This document shows, one piece after another, positions 1 to 9,602 of a DNA stretch of 64,000 nucleotides; the first letter of the stretch is position 1; each line of letters begins with the position of its first letter. The position numbers and the translations under genes were made by a program. This DNA is from Abditibacterium sp. (lineage in GTDB: Bacteria; Armatimonadota; Abditibacteriia; Abditibacteriales; Abditibacteriaceae): the NCBI GenBank assembly GCA_965199495.1, contig CBDASK010000003.1:4032001-4096000 (forward strand). The letters are read 5' to 3'. The notes beneath the pieces are model-generated. The model was not told the origin of the DNA, did not search any database, and saw only the letters and a list, made by a program, of their open reading frames with translations.

Positions 1-167
1 GGTGCAAAAAGCGTAAACCAAATTCTCCAATTCATCGGAGCCGCCTTGCGAGCGAGGTTGGAAGTGATCGAGAGTCAGCGCCGCTCCGACTGCGTCTTCT
101 CGCACGCCACAATAACCGCAACAAAAGTCGAAGCCCTCGCGCACACTTTCGCGCACATCGCGTCGCA

Positions 168-509
168 TCAGTGACTGGCACCGAGCAACGCCGCGTCTTC
201 CGAGGGCAAAAGTTGTTGCAATTCGTGGTCTATAGCGACTTGTTCGGCGCGAGCCGTTTCGAGCGCCTCCATCAAACGCGTCACTGATTGCCGGTGGCGT
301 TCACCCAGCGCGGTCAACTGCTGATTCTGCTTTCTCAGCGCCACAGTTTCTTCTTCTAAAGCCCGATTGCGTGGCTGCAAAACGGCGGCTTCGTGGGCAT
401 CCGCTTGAGCGAGTAACTTTTCCAACTCGGCGCTTTGAGCCGATGTCGGTTCCAAAATGGCGCGCAGCTCGCGGATGCGTTGCCATTGGGCGGATGAAAG
501 CGATGTCAT
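168..509 (-). CDS. hypothetical coiled-coil protein
   Basis: Ala/Glu/Leu/Gln-rich helical ORF downstream of topA; ATG at 509 chosen over TTG 527. Confidence 0.6.
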   Translation of the reverse strand: MTSLSSAQWQRIRELRAILEPTSAQSAELEKLLAQADAHEAAVLQPRNRALEEETVALRKQNQQLTALGERHRQSVTRLMEALETARAEQVAIDHELQQLLPSEDAALLGASH

Positions 510-560
510 GCTTGGAGTTTGCCCCAAACAAAGCGGATTGCCAACCAGATTGGAGCGCCA

Positions 561-590
561 AAAAGCGCGCCGACATCAGTCGGCGCGCTT
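561..590 (-). terminator. intrinsic terminator after topA
   Basis: AAGCGCGCCGAC-ATCA-GTCGGCGCGCTT hairpin with a short T-run on the minus strand. Confidence 0.7.
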
Positions 591-605
591 GCGATTTGAC
601 TATAA

Positions 606-3044
606 CTAATCCGCGTTTTCCGCTTCTACTTCTGCGACCTTGGCTTTGGACGTGGTTGCTCTTTTGGCCGGAACCTTTTTCGCCGCAGTTTTCGTCGTCG
701 CCTTTTTCGCCGGAGCTTTCTTGGCCGCCACTTTCGCTTTGGGCGCGGCTTTGGGCGCCGGATCGTTGGGATCGGGATATTTCGGGTTGCCCTCTTTATC
801 CATCTTCACGATGGTTTTGCATTCGGGATAACCGCTGCAACCCAGAAACGGCCCGAACCGACCGCTGCGTTTATTCAGCATTTTGCCGCAGTTGGGACAG
901 GGAAACTCGGTTGTTTCCGCCGCCGGTTTTTCCAAGCCGTCAATTTTGGCGCCTTCAATAGGAATCAAATTCTTACAACTCGGATAACCGGTGCAGCCCC
1001 AGAACGCCCCGCGCGCCGACGCGCGTACGACCATATCTTTGCCGCATTTGTCGCATTCTTTGGTCGAACCCGGCTCGATGCCTTCGACTTCAACGACCGG
1101 CTTCTCGACCTTAGCCACGGGCAAACCTTCAGGGCTGATATTCATCGTCGTGTTGCAATCGGGATAATTGGGACAACTCAAAAACTCGCCGAAACGCCCG
1201 CGTTTTTTGAGCAACATCGCGCCACAAGTCGGACAGGGAAACTCGGTTTCGGTCGGCTCGACTTTCACCATTTCGGTTTTGGCCTTGACCACATCTTCGT
1301 GAAACGGATCGTAAAACGAGCGCAGAACTTCCGTCCACACGCGCTTGCCGCCCTCAACGTCGTCCAACTGTTCCTCGACGCCCGCCGTAAATCCGACGTT
1401 AACGATGCCGCCGAAATGCTCGACCAATTTATCGTTGACCAGAAAACCCAATTCGGTCGGCGTGAAACGGCGCTGATCAATCGTGGTATATTCGCGGTCA
1501 ACGATGGTATGCAAAATCGAGGCATACGTCGAAGGCCGTCCGATGCCGTTTTCTTCCAGTGCTTTCACGAGGGTCGCTTCGGTATAGCGCGGCGGTGGCT
1601 GGGTGAAGTGCTGGCGCGGAATGATTTCGTCCAACTTCACCGGCTGACCGTTGGAAAGTTCGGGCAAACGACGGTCGGCGTTTTCGTCATCGGCCTCGAT
1701 TTCGTCGGATTTGTCTTCGTCTTTGGCTTCTTCGTAAGCGATGAGAAAGCCCTGAAACTTGATGATCGAACCCGAAGCGCGCAGACCAAACTCGTCGGAC
1801 GAAGTTTGCGATGCGGGCATTTGGTGCGGCGCATCGTTGGCCAGCGCCGCACTCGCGCGGATGTCCACGCTCGTCACGTCGAAAATCGCCGGTTTCATCT
1901 GCGACGCCATAAAGCGACGCCAGATCAGACGATACAACTTGAATTGGTCGGGCGACAAATATCCTTCGATGTCTTCGGGCACGATTTCGATATACGAAGG
2001 CCGCACCGCTTCATGCGCTTCCTGTGCGTTTTTACGATTTTTGTATTGCGGCGCGGATTCCGGCAGGAATTCGGCGCCGTATTTTTCGGTAATCAATTCG
2101 CGCGCGGCGACCTGAGCTTCTTTGGCGATGCTGGTCGAGTCGGTTCGCATATAAGTAATCAAACCGACGGGCGCGTCGCGGCCAATATCCAGACCTTCAT
2201 ACAAATCCTGCGCGCAACGCATGGTGCGTGAGGCGCTGAAACGCATCTGTTTTGAGGCTTCCTGCTGCAACGTAGACGTGATAAACGGCGCGGCGGGATT
2301 GCGCTTTTTCTCGCGGCGCTTCACGCTTTCGACGACGAACGGCAACGGTTGCAGCGCGTCAACCAGCGCGGTCGCTTCGTCTTCGTTGCCGATTTCGACT
2401 TTCTTGCCGTTGCGCGTCAGCAGCTTGGCCGGGAACGGAAATTTCTCTTCGAGCGGCGACAAAAGCGCCGTGACGCTCCAATATTCCTCAATTTTAAACG
2501 CCTGAATTTCGCGTTCGCGTTCGCAAACCAAACGTAGCGCGATGGATTGAACGCGTCCGGCGCTGGTTTTGGGCGCGACTTTGCGCGCTAACAAAGGCGA
2601 CAATTCGTAGCCGATGATGCGATCTAAAATGCGCCGCGCCTGTTGCGCGTTGACGCGATCCATGTTGATGTCGCGCGGCTTTTTGAGCGCGTTTTGCACC
2701 GCCGTTTTGGTGATCTCGTTGAATTCGATGCGCTTGACTTTTTTTAGATGCAGCGCCTCGCGGATATGCCACGCGATGGCTTCGCCCTCGCGGTCGGGGT
2801 CGGAGGCGAGATAAACGATGTCGGCCTGCGCGGCGGCGCGGCGCAGTTCGTCAATGATGCGAGAGCGCGTGGGCAGCAATTCGTAGGTCGGCTCAAAGTT
2901 GTTTTTGATGTCCACGTTGATGCCTTTGGCGGGCAGGTCGCGGACGTGGCCCTGCGAACCCATGACGGTGAAGTCCGGGCCGAGAAATCCTTTGAGAGTT
3001 TTAACTTTCGTCGGCGATTCGACGATAACGAGCGATTTTGACAT
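606..3044 (-). CDS. topA: DNA topoisomerase I
   Basis: LVIVESP, DPDREGE, SAGRVQS, GLITYMRTDS, GIGRPSTY motifs; three C4 zinc ribbons; Lys/Ala-rich tail; ATG at 3044. Confidence 0.98.
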   Translation of the reverse strand: MSKSLVIVESPTKVKTLKGFLGPDFTVMGSQGHVRDLPAKGINVDIKNNFEPTYELLPTRSRIIDELRRAAAQADIVYLASDPDREGEAIAWHIREALHLKKVKRIEFNEITKTAVQNALKKPRDINMDRVNAQQARRILDRIIGYELSPLLARKVAPKTSAGRVQSIALRLVCEREREIQAFKIEEYWSVTALLSPLEEKFPFPAKLLTRNGKKVEIGNEDEATALVDALQPLPFVVESVKRREKKRNPAAPFITSTLQQEASKQMRFSASRTMRCAQDLYEGLDIGRDAPVGLITYMRTDSTSIAKEAQVAARELITEKYGAEFLPESAPQYKNRKNAQEAHEAVRPSYIEIVPEDIEGYLSPDQFKLYRLIWRRFMASQMKPAIFDVTSVDIRASAALANDAPHQMPASQTSSDEFGLRASGSIIKFQGFLIAYEEAKDEDKSDEIEADDENADRRLPELSNGQPVKLDEIIPRQHFTQPPPRYTEATLVKALEENGIGRPSTYASILHTIVDREYTTIDQRRFTPTELGFLVNDKLVEHFGGIVNVGFTAGVEEQLDDVEGGKRVWTEVLRSFYDPFHEDVVKAKTEMVKVEPTETEFPCPTCGAMLLKKRGRFGEFLSCPNYPDCNTTMNISPEGLPVAKVEKPVVEVEGIEPGSTKECDKCGKDMVVRASARGAFWGCTGYPSCKNLIPIEGAKIDGLEKPAAETTEFPCPNCGKMLNKRSGRFGPFLGCSGYPECKTIVKMDKEGNPKYPDPNDPAPKAAPKAKVAAKKAPAKKATTKTAAKKVPAKRATTSKAKVAEVEAENAD

Positions 3045-3055
3045 GGGGGAGGGAA

Positions 3056-3158
3056 GGTGGCAAGTGACAGGTGGCAAGTGGCAAGTGAATGAATTTCGGC
3101 GAGCTTGTTACTGTCGCTCAACGCATCCCTTGTCACCTGCTACCTGTCACTTGCCACC
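3056..3158. repeat. inverted pair of heptamer tandem arrays (GTGRCAR type)
   Basis: GGTGGCAAGTGACAGGTGGCAAGTGGCAAGTGA facing TGTCACCTGCTACCTGTCACTTGCCACC between dprA and topA. Confidence 0.8.
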
Positions 3159-3161
3159 CAT

Positions 3162-4400
3162 TTAAACGACTTTCACAAACAAATTACCGGGCAGCTTTTT
3201 GACGGCGCCCTTGATTTCCAGCATCACGATGGCCGAGTTCGCCACCTTGATTTCCAGTCCGGCTTGCTCAGCCACGTCGTCCAAATGACGCGGCTCGACA
3301 TCAAGAGCGAGCCAGACTTTATTTTCGTCATCCGAGAAATCGGGGCGCGGGCCACTCAAAACAACAGAGCTTTGAATTTTCTTTGGCGTGCTGGATGTTG
3401 ATGTAGGGTGACGACGCGAAATCGTCGGCGCGGGTTCCGCTCCCTTTATAGATGCAAATTCCAAGTTCTCTTCGTCCATTTCTCCATCCGGCGCTAAAAT
3501 TTGGCCGGGTGCGCTAAACGAGTTGGCCAGATAATCCAATACATCGTCGGCACTTTGGGCCAGCATCGCGCCTTCCTGAATCAACTTGTGCGGCCCGTGG
3601 CTTTGTGGTTTATGCACATTGCCCGGAACCGCGAAAACTTCGCGGCCATGTTCGACGGCGAAGCGCGCGCTGATTAACGCGCCCGATTTTGCTTGCGCCT
3701 CGACAACCACAACCGCGCAACTCAAACCCGAAACCAGACGATTGCGCGCCGGAAAGTGCCAACTGGCGGGCGGCGTGCCCGGTGCCCATTCGCTCAGAAC
3801 CGCGCCATTGCGTTCGATTTCGAGCATCAAATCGCGGTTTTCCGGCGGATAAACCATATCCAAACCGCACGCTGTGACGGCAATCGTGCGTCCGCCGCCA
3901 TCCAAGGCGCCGCGATGGGCGGCGGTATCAATGCCGCGCGCCAAACCCGAAACCACCGTCCAACCAGCGCGCGCGAACTCCAATCCGAAACGATGCGCCA
4001 AACCGCGCCCATATTCCGTCACGTTGCGCGTGCCGACGATGGCGATGCAATGCGCATCGGCGGGCGTTAAGGCACCGCGCGCGAACAGCCACGCCGGAGT
4101 ATCGTCGTTGATTTGCGTTAAAAGTGGCGGAAATTCGGCCTCAGTCACAATGGAAATTGCGTGCGTTTCGAGGGCTTCGAGTTGAGGCGAAACATCGCGG
4201 CGGGCGGCATCGCGCAATTTTTCGATGGCGCGTTTGGAAAGTTTGTGTTGACTTTCCAACTGCTGCGGCGCCGACGTGGCTGCATCGAGCAGGGCTTGCG
4301 GCCCGTCAAATGCGGGCAATATTTCTCTGGCGCGAGCGGTCGGCAGAGCGGCGAGCGAAAGGCGAATCCAACTTTCGTGATCGCGGGCGGGCGTGGGCAT
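3162..4400 (-). CDS. dprA: DNA-processing protein DprA
   Basis: IAIVGTR, VVSGLARGIDTAAH, FPARNRLVSGLS, GREVFAVPG motifs; C-terminal wHTH; conserved position upstream of topA. Confidence 0.97.
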   Translation of the reverse strand: MPTPARDHESWIRLSLAALPTARAREILPAFDGPQALLDAATSAPQQLESQHKLSKRAIEKLRDAARRDVSPQLEALETHAISIVTEAEFPPLLTQINDDTPAWLFARGALTPADAHCIAIVGTRNVTEYGRGLAHRFGLEFARAGWTVVSGLARGIDTAAHRGALDGGGRTIAVTACGLDMVYPPENRDLMLEIERNGAVLSEWAPGTPPASWHFPARNRLVSGLSCAVVVVEAQAKSGALISARFAVEHGREVFAVPGNVHKPQSHGPHKLIQEGAMLAQSADDVLDYLANSFSAPGQILAPDGEMDEENLEFASIKGAEPAPTISRRHPTSTSSTPKKIQSSVVLSGPRPDFSDDENKVWLALDVEPRHLDDVAEQAGLEIKVANSAIVMLEIKGAVKKLPGNLFVKVV

Positions 4401-4526
4401 TGATAGAAAAGCACGCCCGTTGGGAACGACAAATAAGTGGACGCGCGCTGCGGGGGTTTACGTGAAATTGGTCGCAACTGTCAACTCTTCCAGATATTTG
4501 CGCGAGATGTTTCGCCCACCACACGC

Positions 4527-4560
4527 GAAAACGACCGGACGAAATCGCCCGGTCGTTTTC
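4527..4560. terminator. probable intrinsic terminator
   Basis: GAAAACGACCGG...CCGGTCGTTTTC inverted repeat just past the stop of the 4571 gene. Confidence 0.6.
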
Positions 4561-4570
4561 TGTTTATCGG

Positions 4571-6610
4571 TTATTCCCCAAAATTCCTGCCTCCATCAAA
4601 ACCACCGCCATCGAAACCGCCGCCGTTGGGATCGCCACCATCGAAACCACCGCCGTTGGGATCGCCGCCATCGAAGCCGCCACCGTTGGGATCGCCACCA
4701 TTGGGATCGCCGCCGCCAAAATTTCCTCCTCTGCCGCCATTACGGCCACCGTTACGGCCACCCCTTGAGCCGTTGCGATAGGTAGTAGGAGCCGCCGGAG
4801 CGGGCGTGGTATTATCCACCAGAAAACTCGTGCTAAAGCTCGTGACGTTGCCAGCGTAATCCTTTGCGCTAATCACCACTTTCTTCAAACCGTCGGTCAA
4901 TGCCGGATCGTTTTTGGCTGGGTCAACTAAAGTCGCCGTCAAGACGCCGCTCGCTTGGCCATAAAAAACGCGCGCCGCTTCAAGGGGTTTGTCGTTGATA
5001 GAAACCGTCACCGAACTGGGGTCAATACCACTGCCCACATCGTCAATTTGTGCGGCGAAGTAGAATGGGCCGATGCCGGGCACGATCTGTGGCGAATCGG
5101 GTTTGAGCAACAACGCCAGCAGATTGCGGTCGGTCGCGTTGACCGCAATGGAAGGCTCGATAATGCGAGGAGGGTCGGCATCGAAGGGCAACGATGTGAA
5201 ACCATAAAGCGCGGCATCGTCGCCCAGAACGAACACATGATTGTCAATGGCCGCAGGCGCCGACGAAACGCCGTAAGTGCGTTTTTCCGGTTCACTATTC
5301 CTTCCCGTTCCGCCAAAGCCACCGCCGCCTCTGCCACCAAAGCCGCCGCCACCTCTGCCACCCCTGCCGCCGCCAAAGCGCCCACCGCCGAAAGTCGAAT
5401 TTTCTCTTTCTCTGGCGCTCTTGAGATCGTAAACGCGTTCGGTTCCCAAACTATATTGCCAGAGAATGTCGCCACTGGTCGGATTGAACCCGACGAGCGC
5501 GCCCGTGCTGGTGCCCACCAAAACCACATTTTTCAAAACCAGAGGCGAACCCGTGATGCTGGGAGTATCCGTCAAAGTTTTCTCCCATTTAATGGTGCCT
5601 TTGGCGGCGTCCACAGCGCTAAATTTTCCGCCGCGCGTGCCGAAGAAAATCAGCGCGCCCTGTTTGCTGCCATCGGCGGGTTGCATCAGTGAAGGTGACG
5701 CGACGATGTCATCGTCTGCCGTCAAAGTCCAGTTCGCACCGCCATCGCCGATGCGTAGCGAGGAAAGTCGTTTGCCAGAAGCCGTATAAATCGCGTCGTT
5801 GGTGGCGATGGGCGTGATGCTGCTACGGGTGGCTTGAGGCAACGAAAACAGCACGCGCGCTTCGGGCACGTTGATGATGTAAAGGCGCGAGTCCGAACCC
5901 ATGATGAACATACGCGAGTTATCGGGCATAACGGCCATCGAAGAGGCCGCCGAAGTGCCGATGGCGCCGATTTGCAGTTGCCAATCTTTGTCAATAACCC
6001 CAGCGAAAGTAACGGCCACCAAGCGACCGGTATTGAGCGCGCAAATGATGCGCGGCCCTTTTTTCGTCTTCACAATTATCGGCCCCGCCTCGGTCGCCAA
6101 CGCGCCACAATCCACTTCCCACGCGCGGCCCCCGTCGGCGGTTTTGATCGCCGCCAGACGACCGCTCGATTGCAGCGCCAGAATCAAATCGCCATCGTCG
6201 GTCGAAAGCAAAGTCAAAGGCACGCTGATGCTGGACGCGAGTTCCGGCGATTTCCAGACCTGCGCGCCCGTATTGACATCGGTCGCGTAAACCACGTTGT
6301 CCGCCGCAAATACGACGATTTGATTGCCAGGTGCCCCGATAACCAAAGGCGAAGTGATGTAAGAATGCGCCGAGCCAATCGAAGAGAAACGCCACTGCAA
6401 AGAGAGCGGCAACTTGGTCGCCGCCGCACTGGAACCGGTGCGTTGTGGGTCGCCTTTAAAAGTCGTCCATGCCGTTGTCGAGGCCGCAGGCGTGGTTGGG
6501 TTAGGCGCCGCATCCTGTGCATGAGAGGCGGACGGTGCCAGCAAGAGGGCACCGCCCAGAACGCCAAGGGTCAGAAAAAACTTGGGTGAGACACGCGAGA
6601 AGTTAGACAT
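4571..6610 (-). CDS. secreted PQQ-like beta-propeller repeat protein (BamB-like) with Ig-like C-terminal domain and Gly-rich tails
   Basis: signal peptide ending ASHA-Q; WTTFKGDPQRTG; repeated A-D--TG---W units; SAKDYAGN motif. Confidence 0.8.
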   Translation of the reverse strand: MSNFSRVSPKFFLTLGVLGGALLLAPSASHAQDAAPNPTTPAASTTAWTTFKGDPQRTGSSAAATKLPLSLQWRFSSIGSAHSYITSPLVIGAPGNQIVVFAADNVVYATDVNTGAQVWKSPELASSISVPLTLLSTDDGDLILALQSSGRLAAIKTADGGRAWEVDCGALATEAGPIIVKTKKGPRIICALNTGRLVAVTFAGVIDKDWQLQIGAIGTSAASSMAVMPDNSRMFIMGSDSRLYIINVPEARVLFSLPQATRSSITPIATNDAIYTASGKRLSSLRIGDGGANWTLTADDDIVASPSLMQPADGSKQGALIFFGTRGGKFSAVDAAKGTIKWEKTLTDTPSITGSPLVLKNVVLVGTSTGALVGFNPTSGDILWQYSLGTERVYDLKSARERENSTFGGGRFGGGRGGRGGGGFGGRGGGGFGGTGRNSEPEKRTYGVSSAPAAIDNHVFVLGDDAALYGFTSLPFDADPPRIIEPSIAVNATDRNLLALLLKPDSPQIVPGIGPFYFAAQIDDVGSGIDPSSVTVSINDKPLEAARVFYGQASGVLTATLVDPAKNDPALTDGLKKVVISAKDYAGNVTSFSTSFLVDNTTPAPAAPTTYRNGSRGGRNGGRNGGRGGNFGGGDPNGGDPNGGGFDGGDPNGGGFDGGDPNGGGFDGGGFDGGRNFGE
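4590..4718 (-). repeat. coding tandem repeat encoding (GGDPNGGGFD)n
   Basis: about 30-bp repeats such as CCGCCGTTGGGATCGCCRCCATCGAAR. Confidence 0.9.
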
Positions 6611-6745
6611 GAATTGAAAGTTTACGGCCACAGACAAATTTGGAAAGTCACGTATAGTTTGACAACTCTCGTTCCAATTGCATACCTTGACAGCGCAGCT
6701 ATTTATGGGTGCAATTGAAATGGGCGCACAAACGGCTCCGCGAAA

Positions 6746-7486
6746 CTAAAACATCTCCAGTGGCGGAGCGCTTTTGGCGTCGCGGATTTTGTAACCTTGC
6801 GGCGCCTGAAACAGCGAGGTCGCCAAATCTTTGGGCCGCGCATAATTGCTCCACACGGCGGTCACTTTCAGGCCCGTGCCTTGGGCTTCCAACCGCAACG
6901 GAAGCCCATCGCTTTTGCGCAAATAGGCTTTAGCATTGCTCAGTTTATCGTTGGTTTTGCTGATTGTATAAACGTCAACAGCCGTGCCACCCAGCGTGCT
7001 GGAAGCGACCCGTTTGGCGCCGTTTTGCGTTAAAAGCGCGCGGATTTTGCCGGGATTGCGCACCAATTCTTGCGGGTCGAGGCCCAATCCGCCAAAGTTC
7101 TGTTGGCGCGAACCGTCAATTTTCCAGCGCACGCCCGCTTTGGAAGTGGGGAGCAAACGATAAATATAAGGCGGCGCCACCAGAGTCACCGATTTTTGTC
7201 CGGCGAAAGTCGTTTCGACGCGCGTGCGATTGCCGTGCAGCAAAACGCGCGCTTGCAAGGTTTGCCCTCCGATGCCCGCATTCGAGCCGGTGGCTGCTAC
7301 GCGCGCGTTGATATTGAAAGTTAAGTTGGAAACTGGCGCCGCCTGAACCGGGGTCGCAACAGCAGCCACGCCGCCAGCTAACGCGCCTAAAACGCAGAAA
7401 GTGGACGTTGTGGAGCGCACAAAGCGCGCGGGGGAAGTTGAATTTAATGGGGTGAAAAGAGTCAAAATAGTTCCTTGAAAGATCAT
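6746..7486 (-). CDS. secreted hypothetical protein, LolA/DUF4412-like fold suspected
   Basis: signal-like segment ending PVQA; DGLPLRLE and LFQAPQGYK motifs typical of LolA-like proteins; start uncertain. Confidence 0.55.
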   Translation of the reverse strand: MIFQGTILTLFTPLNSTSPARFVRSTTSTFCVLGALAGGVAAVATPVQAAPVSNLTFNINARVAATGSNAGIGGQTLQARVLLHGNRTRVETTFAGQKSVTLVAPPYIYRLLPTSKAGVRWKIDGSRQQNFGGLGLDPQELVRNPGKIRALLTQNGAKRVASSTLGGTAVDVYTISKTNDKLSNAKAYLRKSDGLPLRLEAQGTGLKVTAVWSNYARPKDLATSLFQAPQGYKIRDAKSAPPLEMF

Positions 7487-7689
7487 TGGAAAGTCGCTGG
7501 TGCAAAAAACGTGCTTTTGCCATCGAACGCGCAGTTGGCGAAATGCTCGCAACAAGCGGTGAAATTCTTATTTGGCAGTTGGCAAAAATCCGATGGTGAA
7601 ACAATTGGACACCTTTTGTCGCGCAGAGTTCGAGGTATCGGGCGCCAAAATGTCGAGAAACGGCGAAACTGATTTTTTATTTACTTCCA

Positions 7690-8346
7690 ATGAACTACGA
7701 TTTTCATATTCACGATGCGGTGCGCGTCGAGTATCGCGTGGCGACCGATGGTTCTTCATTTCCGCGCGGCTATTCGTGCATCGAGCGCGAAACGCGCAGT
7801 GCGGGCGGCAACGGCGCCGTGGCTGCTGTCACGCTGGCGCGTTGGGGCGCGCGCGTTTTGCTGACCGGCAACGCGATTGGCGACGACGATCACGGGCGCT
7901 TTTTGCTCAAACAACTCGCATCCATCGAAAATTTGACGTTTCAGGCCGATGTGCAACCAAACGTCGTCACACCTTATGCGATTTTGTTGCGCGCCGGGCA
8001 CTTCGACGTGGGCACGTTATTATCGCCCGAAGCGGCCAACATCAAGTTGCCTCGTTTGAGCCGCAACACGCACGATGCGCGCTTTTTCGGCGGCGCGTTC
8101 GAGGGCTGGGGCGAAACTGCGGGCACGGCCCAATTGGAGGCGGCGACGCAGGATTATAATTCGCTGGTCGGCGCATTAGCGGGCGTGGCGGCGATTTATG
8201 GTCAGTTGATGGAAAATCAGGTTTCGCACGCGCATCAGAACGCGCTGAGCGAGGCGGCCACCAGAATTTATGCCGAGCGTTTCGGCGGTTTGGATTCGAT
8301 TCCAACCTTGGAAGAACTGGAAGCCTATTTGCCCGTCGCGCGTTAA
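7690..8346 (+). CDS. short PfkB/ribokinase-like protein
   Basis: AGGNGAVAAVTLARWG and IGDDDHGRFL N-terminal PfkB motifs; no DTxGAGD motif. Confidence 0.65.
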   Translation: MNYDFHIHDAVRVEYRVATDGSSFPRGYSCIERETRSAGGNGAVAAVTLARWGARVLLTGNAIGDDDHGRFLLKQLASIENLTFQADVQPNVVTPYAILLRAGHFDVGTLLSPEAANIKLPRLSRNTHDARFFGGAFEGWGETAGTAQLEAATQDYNSLVGALAGVAAIYGQLMENQVSHAHQNALSEAATRIYAERFGGLDSIPTLEELEAYLPVAR

Positions 8347-8405
8347 TCTATGAGCAACGTCGGCGCGTTTGTTTGATGCTGATGCTGTCAAGGATAATTT
8401 AACCA

Positions 8406-8924
8406 ATGATTGAAATGACCGTTGAAGGCATCGGAATAGACCCGTCGAATAACCCGTTGGTGTTGCTGCGCGACGCTGAGCGCAAGATATTCGTGCCGAT
8501 CTGGATCGGCCCCGCCGAAGCGGTTTCGATTCAGATGGAATTGGACGAAAAGCAGCCGCAGCGCCCAATGACGCACGATTTGCTGACCACGGTTTTGCGC
8601 GAACTGGGCGCGACGCTGGTGCGCGTCACGGTCAACGATTTCGCCGATTCGGTCTATTACGCGTCGCTCCACGTTCAAGTCGGGCGCAACGCCGATAATT
8701 TGCAGGAAATTGATGCCCGCCCTTCCGACGCCATCGCTTTGGCTTTGCGCGCGCACGCGCAGATTTTGGTCGCCAACGATGTCGCCGAAAAAACCGGCAT
8801 TCAAGTCGAAGAAAACACGCCGCTCGCGATGGCCGAAGGCAACGCCGAGCCGCTTTCGCCCGCCGACGAAATCGAAATAGATCGGCTTTCGCGCCTGTTG
8901 GAAGATGTGGATTTGGACAAATAA
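8406..8924 (+). CDS. bifunctional nuclease family protein (DUF151)
   Basis: PIWIG-AEA, RPMTHDLL, IDARPSDAIALALR. Confidence 0.93.
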   Translation: MIEMTVEGIGIDPSNNPLVLLRDAERKIFVPIWIGPAEAVSIQMELDEKQPQRPMTHDLLTTVLRELGATLVRVTVNDFADSVYYASLHVQVGRNADNLQEIDARPSDAIALALRAHAQILVANDVAEKTGIQVEENTPLAMAEGNAEPLSPADEIEIDRLSRLLEDVDLDK

Positions 8925-9001
8925 ATTCTCAAAATCAGAAAACGAAAATTGAACTTTGCTCCCAAGCTCGCGTCGAAGTGTCATCCGATTAAGGAACTTC
9001 G

Positions 9002-9499
9002 ATGAAAATTTTCAATCCTTCCCGTTTGTTAGCCGTTGCGACTGCTGGCATTTTGTCCGCCTCCGTTCTGTTAGCTCCCGCTCCGGCGCGCGCCGACAAA
9101 GCCAAAAATTATAAATACGGCGCGATTGCGCTGGGCGTTTTGGGCGGCGTTCTGCTTTCCAAAGGCAAAACCGTCGAAGGCGCCGCCGCCTTGGGCGCTG
9201 GAGCCTACACCTACAAAAAGGGCGAAGACACGCGCAAAGCCGATAAATACGATAATTACGGCAATTATGGCGACCGGTATGGCTATAACAACAGCTACAA
9301 TAACGGCGACCGCTACGGCTACAACAACTCGTATAATTCCGGTTACGATAATCGCTACGATGTGCCCGACCGCAATCGTCTGGGCAACCGCGACAACAAT
9401 CGCAACTCGGAATATCGCGCTTACCGCAGCGATGATCGTTACGCTTCTCGCGACCGCGATTACCGCGAAAATAAGAATCCCAAAATTCGCGTGCGATAA
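9002..9499 (+). CDS. secreted low-complexity Tyr/Asn/Arg-rich protein
   Basis: signal peptide ending PARA-D; Gly-zipper-like segment; 36-bp tandem repeat at 9269-9340. Confidence 0.7.
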   Translation: MKIFNPSRLLAVATAGILSASVLLAPAPARADKAKNYKYGAIALGVLGGVLLSKGKTVEGAAALGAGAYTYKKGEDTRKADKYDNYGNYGDRYGYNNSYNNGDRYGYNNSYNSGYDNRYDVPDRNRLGNRDNNRNSEYRAYRSDDRYASRDRDYRENKNPKIRVR

Positions 9500-9511
9500 A
9501 AAACGGTTTGG

Positions 9512-9550
9512 AAATGCGGCATCAACCTCAGGTTGATGCCGCATTTTTGT
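9512..9550 (+). terminator. intrinsic terminator
   Basis: AAATGCGGCATCAACC-TCA-GGTTGATGCCGCATTT followed by T-run. Confidence 0.85.
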
Positions 9551-9602
9551 TATTGAAACTCGCAACTTTTGGGCGCGCTTAATCGTCGGAAAAGGGAGTC
9601 TT

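Noticed and set aside
606..760. Lys/Ala-rich tail of TopA as a novelty
   Set aside because: Basic C-terminal tails are known in several bacterial TopA proteins.
1299..2231. 310-aa plus-strand ORF and similar long antisense ORFs (e.g. 10455-11498, 32361-33254)
   Set aside because: Shadow frames of well-supported genes in GC-rich DNA.
4590..4718. Possible CRISPR array
   Set aside because: Contiguous coding tandem repeats with synonymous variation, no unique spacers and no cas genes.
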